Below are positions 8,307-17,145 of a stretch of 32,000 bases of DNA, one piece after another; positions within the stretch are counted from its first letter, which is position 1; every line of letters begins with the position of its first letter. Below the pieces are notes generated by a model. The model saw only the letters and a list, made by a program, of their open reading frames with translations, made no database searches and had not been told where the DNA came from. Source of the DNA: Candidatus Lokiarchaeum ossiferum (lineage in GTDB: Archaea; Asgardarchaeota; Lokiarchaeia; Sigyniarchaeales; Promethearchaeaceae); NCBI GenBank assembly GCA_025839675.1, contig CP104013.1, forward strand, positions 2,490,001-2,522,000, in the 5' to 3' direction. The translations under genes and the position numbers were made by a program.

Positions 8307-9512
8307 ATGTTATTTTCTATCATGGAATTTTCGATGGACCTTTTTGATAAATATTTGGATCGAACACCCACAAAATCCATTAAATGGGACCCCGATTATA
8401 TGATTGAACGCTTTAAGACGGCAGATCTTCTCCCGTTCAACCATGCAGAAATGGATTTCATTTGCCCATATCCAATAGTAGAGTGTGTGCAAAATCGCAG
8501 TAAACATGAAATTTATGGCTACACTTTGGTGAAATCAGATTATTATGACTCTGTGATCAATTGGTATCAATCTCGGCATAATATCAAATATAATTCAGAG
8601 GAAATTCTATACTCAACAGGAGTAATATTCAGTTTACGAAATGCGATCCAATTTTATACTAAAGCAGGAGAGGAAATCGCGATTTTTACACCCATATATC
8701 ACCCATTAGCGCAAGCCGTCTCGGATCAAAATCGAAATCTGGTCATGATCCCCCTATATTATGAAAAAAAGAAATATCTAATGGATTTTGTAGCTTTAGA
8801 GAAAATCTTTCAAACCCATCAGATTAAAGTTTTAATTATTTGCAATCCCCACAATCCAATTGGACGTGTGTGGACTCATGCAGAATTGACCCAATTGGGA
8901 AATTTGTGCATGAATTATGACGTTATGATTATATCCGATGAAATACATTGTGATTTACTCTCGAAAGGCCATAAATATACCTCGATAGCAGCAATTTCTT
9001 CGAATGATGAACTTAAATCAATCGTTTTAAGTTCAATGACGAAAACTTTCAATACATCAGGACTAAAAATCGCAAATATCTTTATAAAAAATGCGGAACT
9101 TCGAAAACCCTTCTTCGAGTATTATGATAAGAAGTTTATTTATGCACCGAATGTTTTTGGGATTCATGGAATGCAAGCAGCCTATGATCATTGTGCTCCT
9201 TGGGTCGATTTATTGACACAATATTTAGACCAAAACTTCAATTTTGTCAAGGAATATCTAAGCGAACATTCCCTGAACATTGATCTCATTCAGCGAGAAG
9301 GAACACCGGTGATTTGGCTGGATTTTCGAAAGATTCCAATAGCACCGAATAATGTCTTTAATTATCTCCTGAAAAAGGCTCGTATCATTTCCTATGATGG
9401 AGGTGATTTTACCGCAAACGGGGAAGGTTTTCAGAGATTAAGTATAGGTTATCCTCGACATATTTTGAAAGAAGGTTTAGATCGGATTCACAATGCCATA
9501 GAACTATTATAG
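8307..9512 (+). CDS. PLP-dependent class I/II aminotransferase-fold enzyme, PatB/MalY-type cystathionine beta-lyase (C-S lyase) family
   Basis: N-terminus R.PT.SIKWD, a PatB/MalY hallmark. Also ICNPHNPIGRVW and ISDEIHCDL. The PLP-lysine region is SSMTKTFNTSGLK. C-terminal FQRLSIG. The true start may be M at 8334 (MDLFDKYLDR). Confidence 0.9.
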   Translation: MLFSIMEFSMDLFDKYLDRTPTKSIKWDPDYMIERFKTADLLPFNHAEMDFICPYPIVECVQNRSKHEIYGYTLVKSDYYDSVINWYQSRHNIKYNSEEILYSTGVIFSLRNAIQFYTKAGEEIAIFTPIYHPLAQAVSDQNRNLVMIPLYYEKKKYLMDFVALEKIFQTHQIKVLIICNPHNPIGRVWTHAELTQLGNLCMNYDVMIISDEIHCDLLSKGHKYTSIAAISSNDELKSIVLSSMTKTFNTSGLKIANIFIKNAELRKPFFEYYDKKFIYAPNVFGIHGMQAAYDHCAPWVDLLTQYLDQNFNFVKEYLSEHSLNIDLIQREGTPVIWLDFRKIPIAPNNVFNYLLKKARIISYDGGDFTANGEGFQRLSIGYPRHILKEGLDRIHNAIELL

Positions 9513-9537
9513 TAATCAACACTTCTTAGGTCGATTT

Positions 9538-10080
9538 CTAGGAATTTGAGTTTTTTGCATTATTTATTGTTTCTTTTAATCGAGTTTCAATTCTTTTTTC
9601 CCCTACAAAATCATATTTCTTGTTAACGAAGTGAAATATCAAACTTCCAATAATAAAAGGAATTGCCGCAATTAGTGTTATGAGAAATGGTGCGATATCA
9701 AGATCAAGTTGGGAAAGCCAATCTATTTGAAAGATGTCTTCATTATTAAGTGCCCGTTTGAAGACAAAATAAAAGGTGGGAGGATTTACAAACGTCTCAA
9801 CCACAATGACGGCCACTAAAATCTTATATTTTTGAATTAAGGGATCAATTTCATTCTTATTTGGGTAATAATTACGATTTTTAGTAAAATAATACAATTT
9901 CTTGAAATAGGTTTGAAAAAAAACGGGAATACCCACAAAAAGTGCAACTAAACCAATAGCTGCCAAAATCCTCCAGTTAACTAAAATTAACACAATAATT
10001 ACAATAAAAATGATAAAGCTAATAGCAACAAGTCCAATAATGAACAGTTTTTTATGTTCGTCAATCCAATTTGAGTTCAT
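9538..10080 (-). CDS. hypothetical membrane protein (about 4 TM)
   Basis: 180-aa ORF with strongly hydrophobic helices. GAGGAAG lies upstream of the ATG. It sits 80 nt downstream of the wHTH gene on the same strand, so the two may form an operon. Confidence 0.65.
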   Translation of the reverse strand: MNSNWIDEHKKLFIIGLVAISFIIFIVIIVLILVNWRILAAIGLVALFVGIPVFFQTYFKKLYYFTKNRNYYPNKNEIDPLIQKYKILVAVIVVETFVNPPTFYFVFKRALNNEDIFQIDWLSQLDLDIAPFLITLIAAIPFIIGSLIFHFVNKKYDFVGEKRIETRLKETINNAKNSNS

Positions 10081-10160
10081 GATTTTTGCTCAGACTGAAA
10101 TATGGTTCTTCCTCAATTTTAATCTTTTTCTCAATGTCTTCAAAAATATCTGGCAATGTT

Positions 10161-10817
10161 TTATTCAGTTTTTTGGAGAAGTTTAATAACTTTTTCATGA
10201 ATATCCGGCGTATTATAAATCATATTCACCCATAAAACCGATTCCAATACACGATTCAATTCTAAATATTCAATGTTTTTGATTTTTTCAAGTTTTTCTA
10301 TCGGAATCGTTTGTAACAATTCCATTAGAGCATTTTCCTTTTTGATAATGAGATTAGTCATCTGCTCTAAAAAACGAGTCGATTGGAACTCTGTTTTTAA
10401 AAGAATCTCTAGGAAGCACTGCATTCCAGTAGAGTATTGGGTGATAATTTGTTTGACTTCTGGATCCGTTCGAGTATCATTTGAAATATGTTTATGACTC
10501 AAATAAAATTTGGCGGAGCGGATATATAAGTTAAAACTGGAGAGCTTTTGATCCGGATGGACCACTACACGTTTCCCGGCAATATTTATTAGTCCTTTCT
10601 TCGTGAGAAAACTTAGATAACGGTATAAAGTCTTTTTTGACTTCGGGGATGGAGTTTCTTTAAAAATTTCCATGATTTCTTCAATAGTTTTCGGGGAATT
10701 CCGAAGAAATTTAAAAATCATGGAATAATTAGTATCCAACAGAAGATTTAGCTCTGTCTTTGTGAGAATTTGAACGGCTTTTTGTTCGTAGGTGAGTAGA
10801 TCTTGAAATTTATTCAT
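10161..10817 (-). CDS. ArsR/PadR-like winged-helix transcriptional regulator with a long C-terminal extension
   Basis: wHTH pattern: SMIFKFLRNSPKTIEEIMEIF...SKKTLYRYLSFLTKKGLINIAGKRVV. Divergent from the S41 peptidase gene with only a 40-bp gap. Confidence 0.7.
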   Translation of the reverse strand: MNKFQDLLTYEQKAVQILTKTELNLLLDTNYSMIFKFLRNSPKTIEEIMEIFKETPSPKSKKTLYRYLSFLTKKGLINIAGKRVVVHPDQKLSSFNLYIRSAKFYLSHKHISNDTRTDPEVKQIITQYSTGMQCFLEILLKTEFQSTRFLEQMTNLIIKKENALMELLQTIPIEKLEKIKNIEYLELNRVLESVLWVNMIYNTPDIHEKVIKLLQKTE

Positions 10818-10857
10818 ATAAATATTTTAATACTAGAATAATTTATTAATTCTTACA

Positions 10858-12150
10858 ATGCAAGAACTAATCTCAAAAAATGAGAATGATATAAATAATA
10901 TAGGAAATTACTGGACACCCGCAAAACCAGCTGAATTGTTACAGAAACTAGGAAAATTAGTAAAAAATAAATATATTTTTCCAGATATGGCAGATAAATT
11001 AGCAATTCATCTATCTTCATCTACTTTTAATAAAAATCATGCATATTTCACCACACCACTTAAATTTGCTCAAACTCTTACTGAAGAATTACAAAATTTT
11101 TCCAATGATTTACATTTTTTCCTTGAATACAATCCCGAAAAGGCAAAGTTATGTGCAGCATGTCAAGAAGATCCTACAAACTCCGAAGTACAAACGCAAG
11201 ATTATTTTGATCTTCAACGATATCGAAACGGGAACTTGGTTGAAGTACGGAGATTACCAGGTAATATTGGTTATATTCGCTTAGATGAATTTCCCGAGCC
11301 GGAACTGTTTGGAGAAACTATTTTAGGAGGATTGAAATTTTTAGAAAATACACTCGGAATTATATTTGATGTCCGAAATAATGGTGGAGGCCATGCCGAA
11401 TTTGTCCAAATTATTATTAGTTACTTTTTTGGTAATGAAAGAAAATTACTTTACACATTTGAAGATAAAGATACTGGAGAAATGCAGCAAATGTGGACCC
11501 TTCCCTTAGTAGGATCTAAAAAAGGAATCCATAAGCCAATCTCAATTCTAACTAGTAGGAGATCTGCTTCTGCAGCAGAAGATCTTGCATATACGATGCA
11601 AACTCATAAGCGAGCTAAAATTGTCGGAGAACAAACCCGCGGAGCTGCGAATAATCCAAAGCAATTCGCTATTGATGATAATTTCCTTATCAGCATCCCC
11701 GTGGGAAGACCCATCAATGCCATTACGAACACTAACTGGGAACAGGTTGGAGTAACACCAGATATATCAGTTAAGCAAGAAATTGCTTTAGAGACGGCCC
11801 ATATTGATCTCCTCCAGCAAATCGAAGCTCAAATAGAAAATCCAAGGATACGAACTTTGTTTGGGTTTGAGAAGAAATTTGTAAATGCAATGTATAACCA
11901 AAAGCAAATCCCTAAGGAATTAATTCAGAAAATGGTCGGAGATTACGGAGGGTGTTCTATTCAAGAAAAGGATGGAAAAATACTTCTTATTAGGAAAAAT
12001 ATGGGGTTACCATTGATTACCACGGATTTTCAAGATTATTATTATAATGAACAGTTAAGGATATCATTTAAATTTGAATCCCAGGATACTTACTTATATC
12101 TTGATTACAGAGATTATTCCACAAAACAAGAATTTCAGAAAAATCAATAA
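10858..12150 (+). CDS. S41-family serine peptidase (tail-specific / IRBP-like), no signal peptide evident
   Basis: IFDVRNNGGGH (S41 oxyanion region). TSRRSASAAEDLAY carries the catalytic Ser motif S-x-S-A-[AG]-E. A downstream GEQTRGAAN and a beta-rich C-terminal extension follow. Confidence 0.85.
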   Translation: MQELISKNENDINNIGNYWTPAKPAELLQKLGKLVKNKYIFPDMADKLAIHLSSSTFNKNHAYFTTPLKFAQTLTEELQNFSNDLHFFLEYNPEKAKLCAACQEDPTNSEVQTQDYFDLQRYRNGNLVEVRRLPGNIGYIRLDEFPEPELFGETILGGLKFLENTLGIIFDVRNNGGGHAEFVQIIISYFFGNERKLLYTFEDKDTGEMQQMWTLPLVGSKKGIHKPISILTSRRSASAAEDLAYTMQTHKRAKIVGEQTRGAANNPKQFAIDDNFLISIPVGRPINAITNTNWEQVGVTPDISVKQEIALETAHIDLLQQIEAQIENPRIRTLFGFEKKFVNAMYNQKQIPKELIQKMVGDYGGCSIQEKDGKILLIRKNMGLPLITTDFQDYYYNEQLRISFKFESQDTYLYLDYRDYSTKQEFQKNQ

Positions 12151-12232
12151 ATATTTTAAGATCAGCCTTAAAAAAAACTTTTTTATTCAAATTTATCAAT
12201 TATTCCATCTAAATATTAGTTGTGTGAAAAAA

Positions 12233-13006
12233 ATGGAGATTCAGCTAATTACAAAAGCAAATGAAACCCGCTTCTTCGACTATGTTCATGGAAGGGAATG
12301 TGAATTTTTCTATTATATCTATGATTATAAAACAAATTTCCCGGATTTTCGATTGTTTATTGCAATCAACAAGGAGAATGAAACTAAAGGAGTATTCTTC
12401 ATTCTGAAAAATCAATATGTTAAAATCGAGGGAACTAGTGAAGCAACGACATGTTTTTTAGATTTTCTAGATGATTTGAAACTTAATTTGAAAATAATTA
12501 CTGCTCAGAGCAAACACAAAACACAGATAAAAAATCGTTATTCAAACTATCAAAAAGAAGCAGTGCGTTATAGGATGATTCTGCAAGGTCAAAAAGAACA
12601 ACTTTCTTGTAAATACGAGTCAATTTCATTGGGTGAGCATCAGAAAGAACATATTGCATCACTTTTTCGCAAATCTGATCCAGTTCATTTTAGTAAATCT
12701 AATGCTTCTGAAATTCAACTTGATGATACTCACAAAGCTTTCGGGATAATTGAGAATAATATACTTACTTCGGCCATTACTGCTTGGAATTATAATAGAA
12801 TAGGAAAAATTAATACATTGGGAACCCACCCAGATTACTTACGACAAGGGAGAGCAAAATCGCTTCTTAAATATACGATAAATTGGCTTTCATCTTGCAC
12901 AGATCACATAATAATCCAAGTTCGAGCTCAGAACACGGCAGCAATCCACTTGTATGAACAATTAGGATTCAAAATTCAATTTAAGCATTACTTAATATAT
13001 TTTTAG
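12233..13006 (+). CDS. GNAT-family N-acetyltransferase
   Basis: C-terminal GNAT core: LGTHPDYLRQGRAKSLLKYTINW ... NTAAIHLYEQLGFKI. The track ORF (12074) overlaps the peptidase 3' end. The internal ATG at 12233 (MEIQLITKAN) removes the overlap. Confidence 0.75.
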   Translation: MEIQLITKANETRFFDYVHGRECEFFYYIYDYKTNFPDFRLFIAINKENETKGVFFILKNQYVKIEGTSEATTCFLDFLDDLKLNLKIITAQSKHKTQIKNRYSNYQKEAVRYRMILQGQKEQLSCKYESISLGEHQKEHIASLFRKSDPVHFSKSNASEIQLDDTHKAFGIIENNILTSAITAWNYNRIGKINTLGTHPDYLRQGRAKSLLKYTINWLSSCTDHIIIQVRAQNTAAIHLYEQLGFKIQFKHYLIYF

Positions 13007-13017
13007 TTCTTCTTTTC

Positions 13018-13059
13018 TCACGAGTGTGAGTTGAAATTAATGAAATCATCAATAGACAT
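13018..13059 (-). pseudogene. 13-codon stump (MSIDDFINFNSHS*), apparent 5' remnant of a paralog of the 27535-27978 gene
   Basis: It starts exactly at the edge of the 101-nt repeat, as the intact gene does at 27978. MSIDDFINFNSHS compares with MSVESYINWSQLSH. A TGA stop follows codon 13. Confidence 0.45.
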
Positions 13060-13160
13060 TTTTTGGTGGTCTTCAATTAAGGTGTTCTAATTATATTATA
13101 GACGGATTAATACCTAAACCCTTCAGAGGTCGAAATTTATCATGGAAGCCACTTATTATC
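13060..13160. repeat. 101-nt conserved noncoding block, copy A
   Basis: Ungapped hand alignment to 27979-28079 gives 89/101 identical. Contains ctaattatattatag (TATA-like, near-palindromic) and the invariant core tacctaaacccttcagagg. Confidence 0.85.
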
Positions 13161-13285
13161 GAATTTTTTGTTCAATTATGCTATTTAAGTTAATAATGAA
13201 TATATATTTTTATCACTAAATTGTAAGCATACATACAAAATTTAATAAGATCAAATTTACCAAAATTATTACGAGTGAGAATAAG

Positions 13286-14275
13286 ATGATGACTTTAAAA
13301 AAAGTAAAAAAAGTATCAAGCTACCCTCAAAAACTAATCATTTTTTTTCTGATTTTTATATATTTGATAATTTGGATACCGAAAACAAGTGCGGAACCAA
13401 AATCTTCAACTTTGACAGTCTATAACCCCAATTCAAATTCAATCTGGGATATAGCTCACCCCAATGGATATTTAGTCAGTTGGGAATCGCAAGGCGATAA
13501 CATGGTGACTATCTATCTGTATAAAGGAACATCGTATGAAGGTAATTTGGGATCGGCTGGAGATTACGAAACATCAGAATTAGTCGATCTCACTAGCCCC
13601 TCTACCATGGTACCTGGTACAAATTATCGTATCAAGCTTGAAGCTTGGCCTTCGGAAGAGGAAGGGTGGAGTGATTATTTTGAAATTATTGATAGCAGCA
13701 AAGTGAGTGACGATTCAAACACTGATACTTCTACTATTGATTCAGCTGAGTGTAATAAGGATTCAGACTTTGAATTTTCAACAGTCGATTCTTCTGATTC
13801 CGAATTTCTTGGATCTACAATGGAAGAAGATAAAATCGTTTTAATTGATCACTTTTATGAAATCCAGTCAAATTTCACGGTAGACACGAAAATATTATTC
13901 CATTTTCAAGTTCCCTCGGTCTACCAAGTAGAAGCTTGGGTTCTGGACTTATCGAATTACTATTTATATAAAAATAAAACAAGTTACGATAGCTACAAAA
14001 TTGCAGGGGGATCTTGTTATCAAGCCACTGATTTAACCTACAGCATCTCAAAGTGTGACAATTATACCATCTTGTATCGTCCCAAAGGCGGGACAGGCGC
14101 ATCAGCTTTGCCCATGACCTATCGTGTCGATTACTATGGAAAATGTTCTGGAGGTATTATGGGTGACATAGATGCAAGTATTGGAGGTTTTATAGGTTTG
14201 CTGTACGTTGCACTCGTAGGAACTATTAGCTTGACTTTGAAACTTTATTCAGAAAGAAAAATTCAAGTAAAATGA
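13286..14275 (+). CDS. surface protein: signal peptide, Ig-like (Kre9/KNH-like?) domain, acidic Ser/Asp/Thr linker, beta-rich domain, C-terminal TM anchor
   Basis: N-terminal signal-like h-region LIIFFLIFIYLIIWIPKTSA. The Ig-like pattern runs LTVYNPNSNSIW...VSWESQG...VTIYLYKG...GTNYRIKLEA...WSDYFEII. The linker is DSS/DTS-rich. The C-terminal helix is GGFIGLLYVALVGTISLTL followed by basic residues. Confidence 0.75.
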   Translation: MMTLKKVKKVSSYPQKLIIFFLIFIYLIIWIPKTSAEPKSSTLTVYNPNSNSIWDIAHPNGYLVSWESQGDNMVTIYLYKGTSYEGNLGSAGDYETSELVDLTSPSTMVPGTNYRIKLEAWPSEEEGWSDYFEIIDSSKVSDDSNTDTSTIDSAECNKDSDFEFSTVDSSDSEFLGSTMEEDKIVLIDHFYEIQSNFTVDTKILFHFQVPSVYQVEAWVLDLSNYYLYKNKTSYDSYKIAGGSCYQATDLTYSISKCDNYTILYRPKGGTGASALPMTYRVDYYGKCSGGIMGDIDASIGGFIGLLYVALVGTISLTLKLYSERKIQVK

Positions 14276-14525
14276 CAATCTCATTGCATAAAACTAGTAA
14301 GCAAAGAAATGATGAGAAAATAATTATAGTTTAAAAAAACGGTTCAAGATAATAGTCAAGTGTTTAAAAAAAGTATTCATTTTTTTCATATTTCCTTCTA
14401 TAAATCCTCAAAATGTCTCATTCTACTGGTGATTTCTTGCCAGATTTAGTTTTTGTTTTAATTTTTATTTTATTTTTGCTTATTTTTTCTGATAGATTTA
14501 AATGGAGAGAGTCGCATTATAACTC

Positions 14526-14774
14526 ATGGGTCGTAATGATGGTATAGAATCAATACTTGGAGTATCTATCTCAGATATCACTGAACAACTGTGCAAGACA
14601 TGTGATCATTATTCATTTTATTCATGCAATCAGAATCATTCCGCAGCTCCACTTAAAGTCAGTATTGATTGTCCCGACTACATTCTAAAACCAAAATACT
14701 TACCAATACAAGAGCTACAAATCCAAAAAGACCAAAAAACTAAGAAAAATGCTCAAAAAGTAGCAGAATGTTAA
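14526..14774 (+). CDS. hypothetical small Cys-containing protein (82 aa)
   Basis: CKTC-x8-C-x15-C arrangement. GGAGAG lies about 18 nt upstream. A T6 run at 14788-14793 follows the stop. No homology recognised. Confidence 0.35.
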   Translation: MGRNDGIESILGVSISDITEQLCKTCDHYSFYSCNQNHSAAPLKVSIDCPDYILKPKYLPIQELQIQKDQKTKKNAQKVAEC

Positions 14775-14941
14775 ATTAAACATCCTCTTTTTTAAGTTAA
14801 GTGGGTTTTCAGATAAAAATTATTTTTAGTTAGTTGGATCGATTTATTGGGAGCTTTATTTCTTGGTTTTTTGAGCTCTAAATCCAGCATAATTCTAATG
14901 AAATGGTGTTCTAATTATAATTAATCTGGGAGTTCTCTCAT

Positions 14942-15751
14942 ATGGAAATCATTTCACTAGCACTTCTTCTTATTTTATCCTTTGCAATTTATTTTTTCCT
15001 GTCGATGGTTGGATTGGGAGGTGGGATGTTAGTAGTTCCCATGCTTATTCTAGTCTTTGAAATCCCTCCCTCTATCGCAATTGGAACATCCCTTTTTGCA
15101 ATGAGTATTAGTACTTTCGCTGCAACTATGGGATATTGGTCCAGACAATCAGTGAATTGGAAGTTAGCTTTAGCCTATAATGTCTTTGATATCCCCGGAA
15201 TAATTCTTGGCGCACTATTAACCAAAATTGCCCCCACAGCAGTGCTAGAGTTCATTTGTGGTTGTGGAATCATAGTATTAGCAATCGTGGTACTGACGAA
15301 AAAGTCGATACAAAAACGATCTGCAAGTATTGCTAACCAAGAGGCTGAAGATGATAATTTTTATGAACCAGACTTCTCATTTGCGTGGACAGGTAAAAAC
15401 TTGATTGTAGTCATTTTTTCTTCGTTTATGGGAGGTTTAATAACGGGAATGGTTGGAATCGGAGGAGGTACAGTTGATACAACCTCCATGATTTCAATTG
15501 GAATACCAATGAATTATGCGGCAGGATCATCTTCGCTTGCTATGTTTATGACCAATATTTTTGGAGCAGTTACCCATATATCTTTAGGAAACATCTGGTG
15601 GGATTATGCCATCCCTTTAGGAATCGTAGCATTAATAGCAGCATTTTTGGGGAGCCGCTTAGCACCTAAATTGAACAGTACAATGCTCCGGAAAATGCTC
15701 GGAATCATCGCACTAATCACAGGATTACGTTTAGCATTTAATATTCTCTAA
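14942..15751 (+). CDS. TauE/SafE (TSUP) family anion/sulfite exporter-like permease
   Basis: Two-fold internal repeat carrying the family motifs GLGGGMLVVPMLILVF and GIGGGTVDT. About 8 TM helices. Confidence 0.85.
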   Translation: MEIISLALLLILSFAIYFFLSMVGLGGGMLVVPMLILVFEIPPSIAIGTSLFAMSISTFAATMGYWSRQSVNWKLALAYNVFDIPGIILGALLTKIAPTAVLEFICGCGIIVLAIVVLTKKSIQKRSASIANQEAEDDNFYEPDFSFAWTGKNLIVVIFSSFMGGLITGMVGIGGGTVDTTSMISIGIPMNYAAGSSSLAMFMTNIFGAVTHISLGNIWWDYAIPLGIVALIAAFLGSRLAPKLNSTMLRKMLGIIALITGLRLAFNIL

Positions 15752-15786
15752 AATTTAGGGAAATTTCAACAATTCTTACTTCCATT

Positions 15787-16299
15787 TTAGTCCCAATCAC
15801 CATCATCAAAACTAACTCCGGCGGAAAGGTTGAAATTACCACGAATAATTCTCGGAAGCATGCCTAAAATAGCGAGATTAAATATGCCTATGATGACTCC
15901 CGTAAATAATATCGGGGCGAGGTCTTCTGATGGCAAAATTTCTGTAAGGAAGAAAAAGTTTAATATTCCTACGACTCCAGCCGGAAATAACCAAAAAATC
16001 AACCCCAAAATTCGAATTTTCAAGGATTTTTTAGGAGAATGGTAATTGCGAATCTTGACTTTCCTAATTTTCCCTATACCTTCGCAGTAGGGGCACGAAG
16101 ATCCCACGACGTCATATTCTTCAGCCAGCACAACTTTTAAACAATCTGAACAAATGACTTTCTCGCAATTTGAGCATCCAAACGAACAATAATCACATAC
16201 CCATGAATTACAGTTTTCACATAGTGAATGGGGGGTTGATCGGTTACATTTTTTACAAAGATGGACTTGGTTTTCCTGTTGGTCTGGTTGCCCATTCAT
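15787..16299 (-). CDS. membrane-anchored multi-zinc-ribbon protein (six Cys pairs, then about 2-3 TM)
   Basis: CKKC..CENC..CDYC..CSNC..CSDC..CPYC within the first ~75 aa. Hydrophobic helices follow (ILGLIFWLFPAGVVGILNFFF, ILFTGVIIGIFNLAILGM). Confidence 0.7.
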   Translation of the reverse strand: MNGQPDQQENQVHLCKKCNRSTPHSLCENCNSWVCDYCSFGCSNCEKVICSDCLKVVLAEEYDVVGSSCPYCEGIGKIRKVKIRNYHSPKKSLKIRILGLIFWLFPAGVVGILNFFFLTEILPSEDLAPILFTGVIIGIFNLAILGMLPRIIRGNFNLSAGVSFDDGDWD

Positions 16300-16680
16300 A
16301 TTTCATCATCAACGTCTAGAAATTTATTTTTTATCTTTTTCCTCTTTTTTGGAGGAAGATTTCAAATAATCAACCCTTTAAAATAATCTCCCATTAATGG
16401 ATTTTTAAAGCTAATATTTCTTGAGATCTTCCGACAAATCGGACAAAAATTATAGCAAAAAACAAAACTTACATTAATTTTCACAATATAAATCATAAAT
16501 TTGTGTTTAGTCTAAAAATCAATCCATTCGCCATCAAAAGTGAACTGAAAGTCAGAGTAAATTCTCACCCAATCAATGAAGCAATGATCTATTTGAAACT
16601 CTGTTTTTCCCCTTTAATCAGAAGCTCATAACTTTTCTCTTTTATATATTCCTAATTTATACAGAGAGTAGGTTGATCCT

Positions 16681-17145
16681 ATGCCATCATCTCTTTCCTC
16701 TTCTCTTGGTTCGAAGTACCTGATGTTCTTCGAATATCTTGGTCTCTTGCTCGTGATTGCCTTTGTGCAGTTGGTAATTCCCTTTCCCCCCGCCTATTGG
16801 GTGCTTTATGGTGTGCTGGGGATCTGTGGGGTGAGTTTAGTTTATGTACTTTATTCCAAAGGATGCTTTTTTTCTTCCCAGATCCATCACACGCCAAAAT
16901 TTTTACAACGGGCGGGGTTCGAGGTTGGTCTCTTAATTGTGATGGGCTTTTGTGTGTGCTTCTGCAGTGAGTTTTGCTGGACCTTTGGTTTTTCGGAAGC
17001 CGAAGCCGCTATCTATGCAGGCAATTTCAAGGTCTTCAGTTCTCTTTTGACCTGCATCGCGTGTGTTCTAATTGTGTTGCAAGGCCTTCCCCTACTCTTA
17101 TCTGGTTTAAAAATGCGCGTTTCTCCATTGGCTGTTGAAGTCTGA
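16681..17145 (+). CDS. hypothetical Cys-rich 4-TM membrane protein, compositionally atypical
   Basis: 154-aa ORF with four hydrophobic segments and 9 Cys (GFCVCFCSEFCW, TCIACV). Hand-counted GC is 43%, 46% and 48% in three consecutive 100-nt blocks, against about 32-33% in neighbouring genes. Confidence 0.6.
   Translation: MPSSLSSSLGSKYLMFFEYLGLLLVIAFVQLVIPFPPAYWVLYGVLGICGVSLVYVLYSKGCFFSSQIHHTPKFLQRAGFEVGLLIVMGFCVCFCSEFCWTFGFSEAEAAIYAGNFKVFSSLLTCIACVLIVLQGLPLLLSGLKMRVSPLAVEV

Noticed and set aside
12074-12232. N-terminal 53-aa extension of the GNAT ORF, overlapping the S41 peptidase 3' end
   Set aside because: The extension is Lys/Ile/Phe-rich junk read across the neighbour's stop and an AT-rich spacer. 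The GNAT fold is complete from the ATG at 12233.
14905-14919. Possible third partial copy of the repeat (ggtgttctaattata) upstream of the TauE gene
   Set aside because: Only 15 nt match, and those are the TATA-like portion. The flanks and the invariant core are absent, and the orientation relative to the gene is opposite. It is probably just a similar promoter box.
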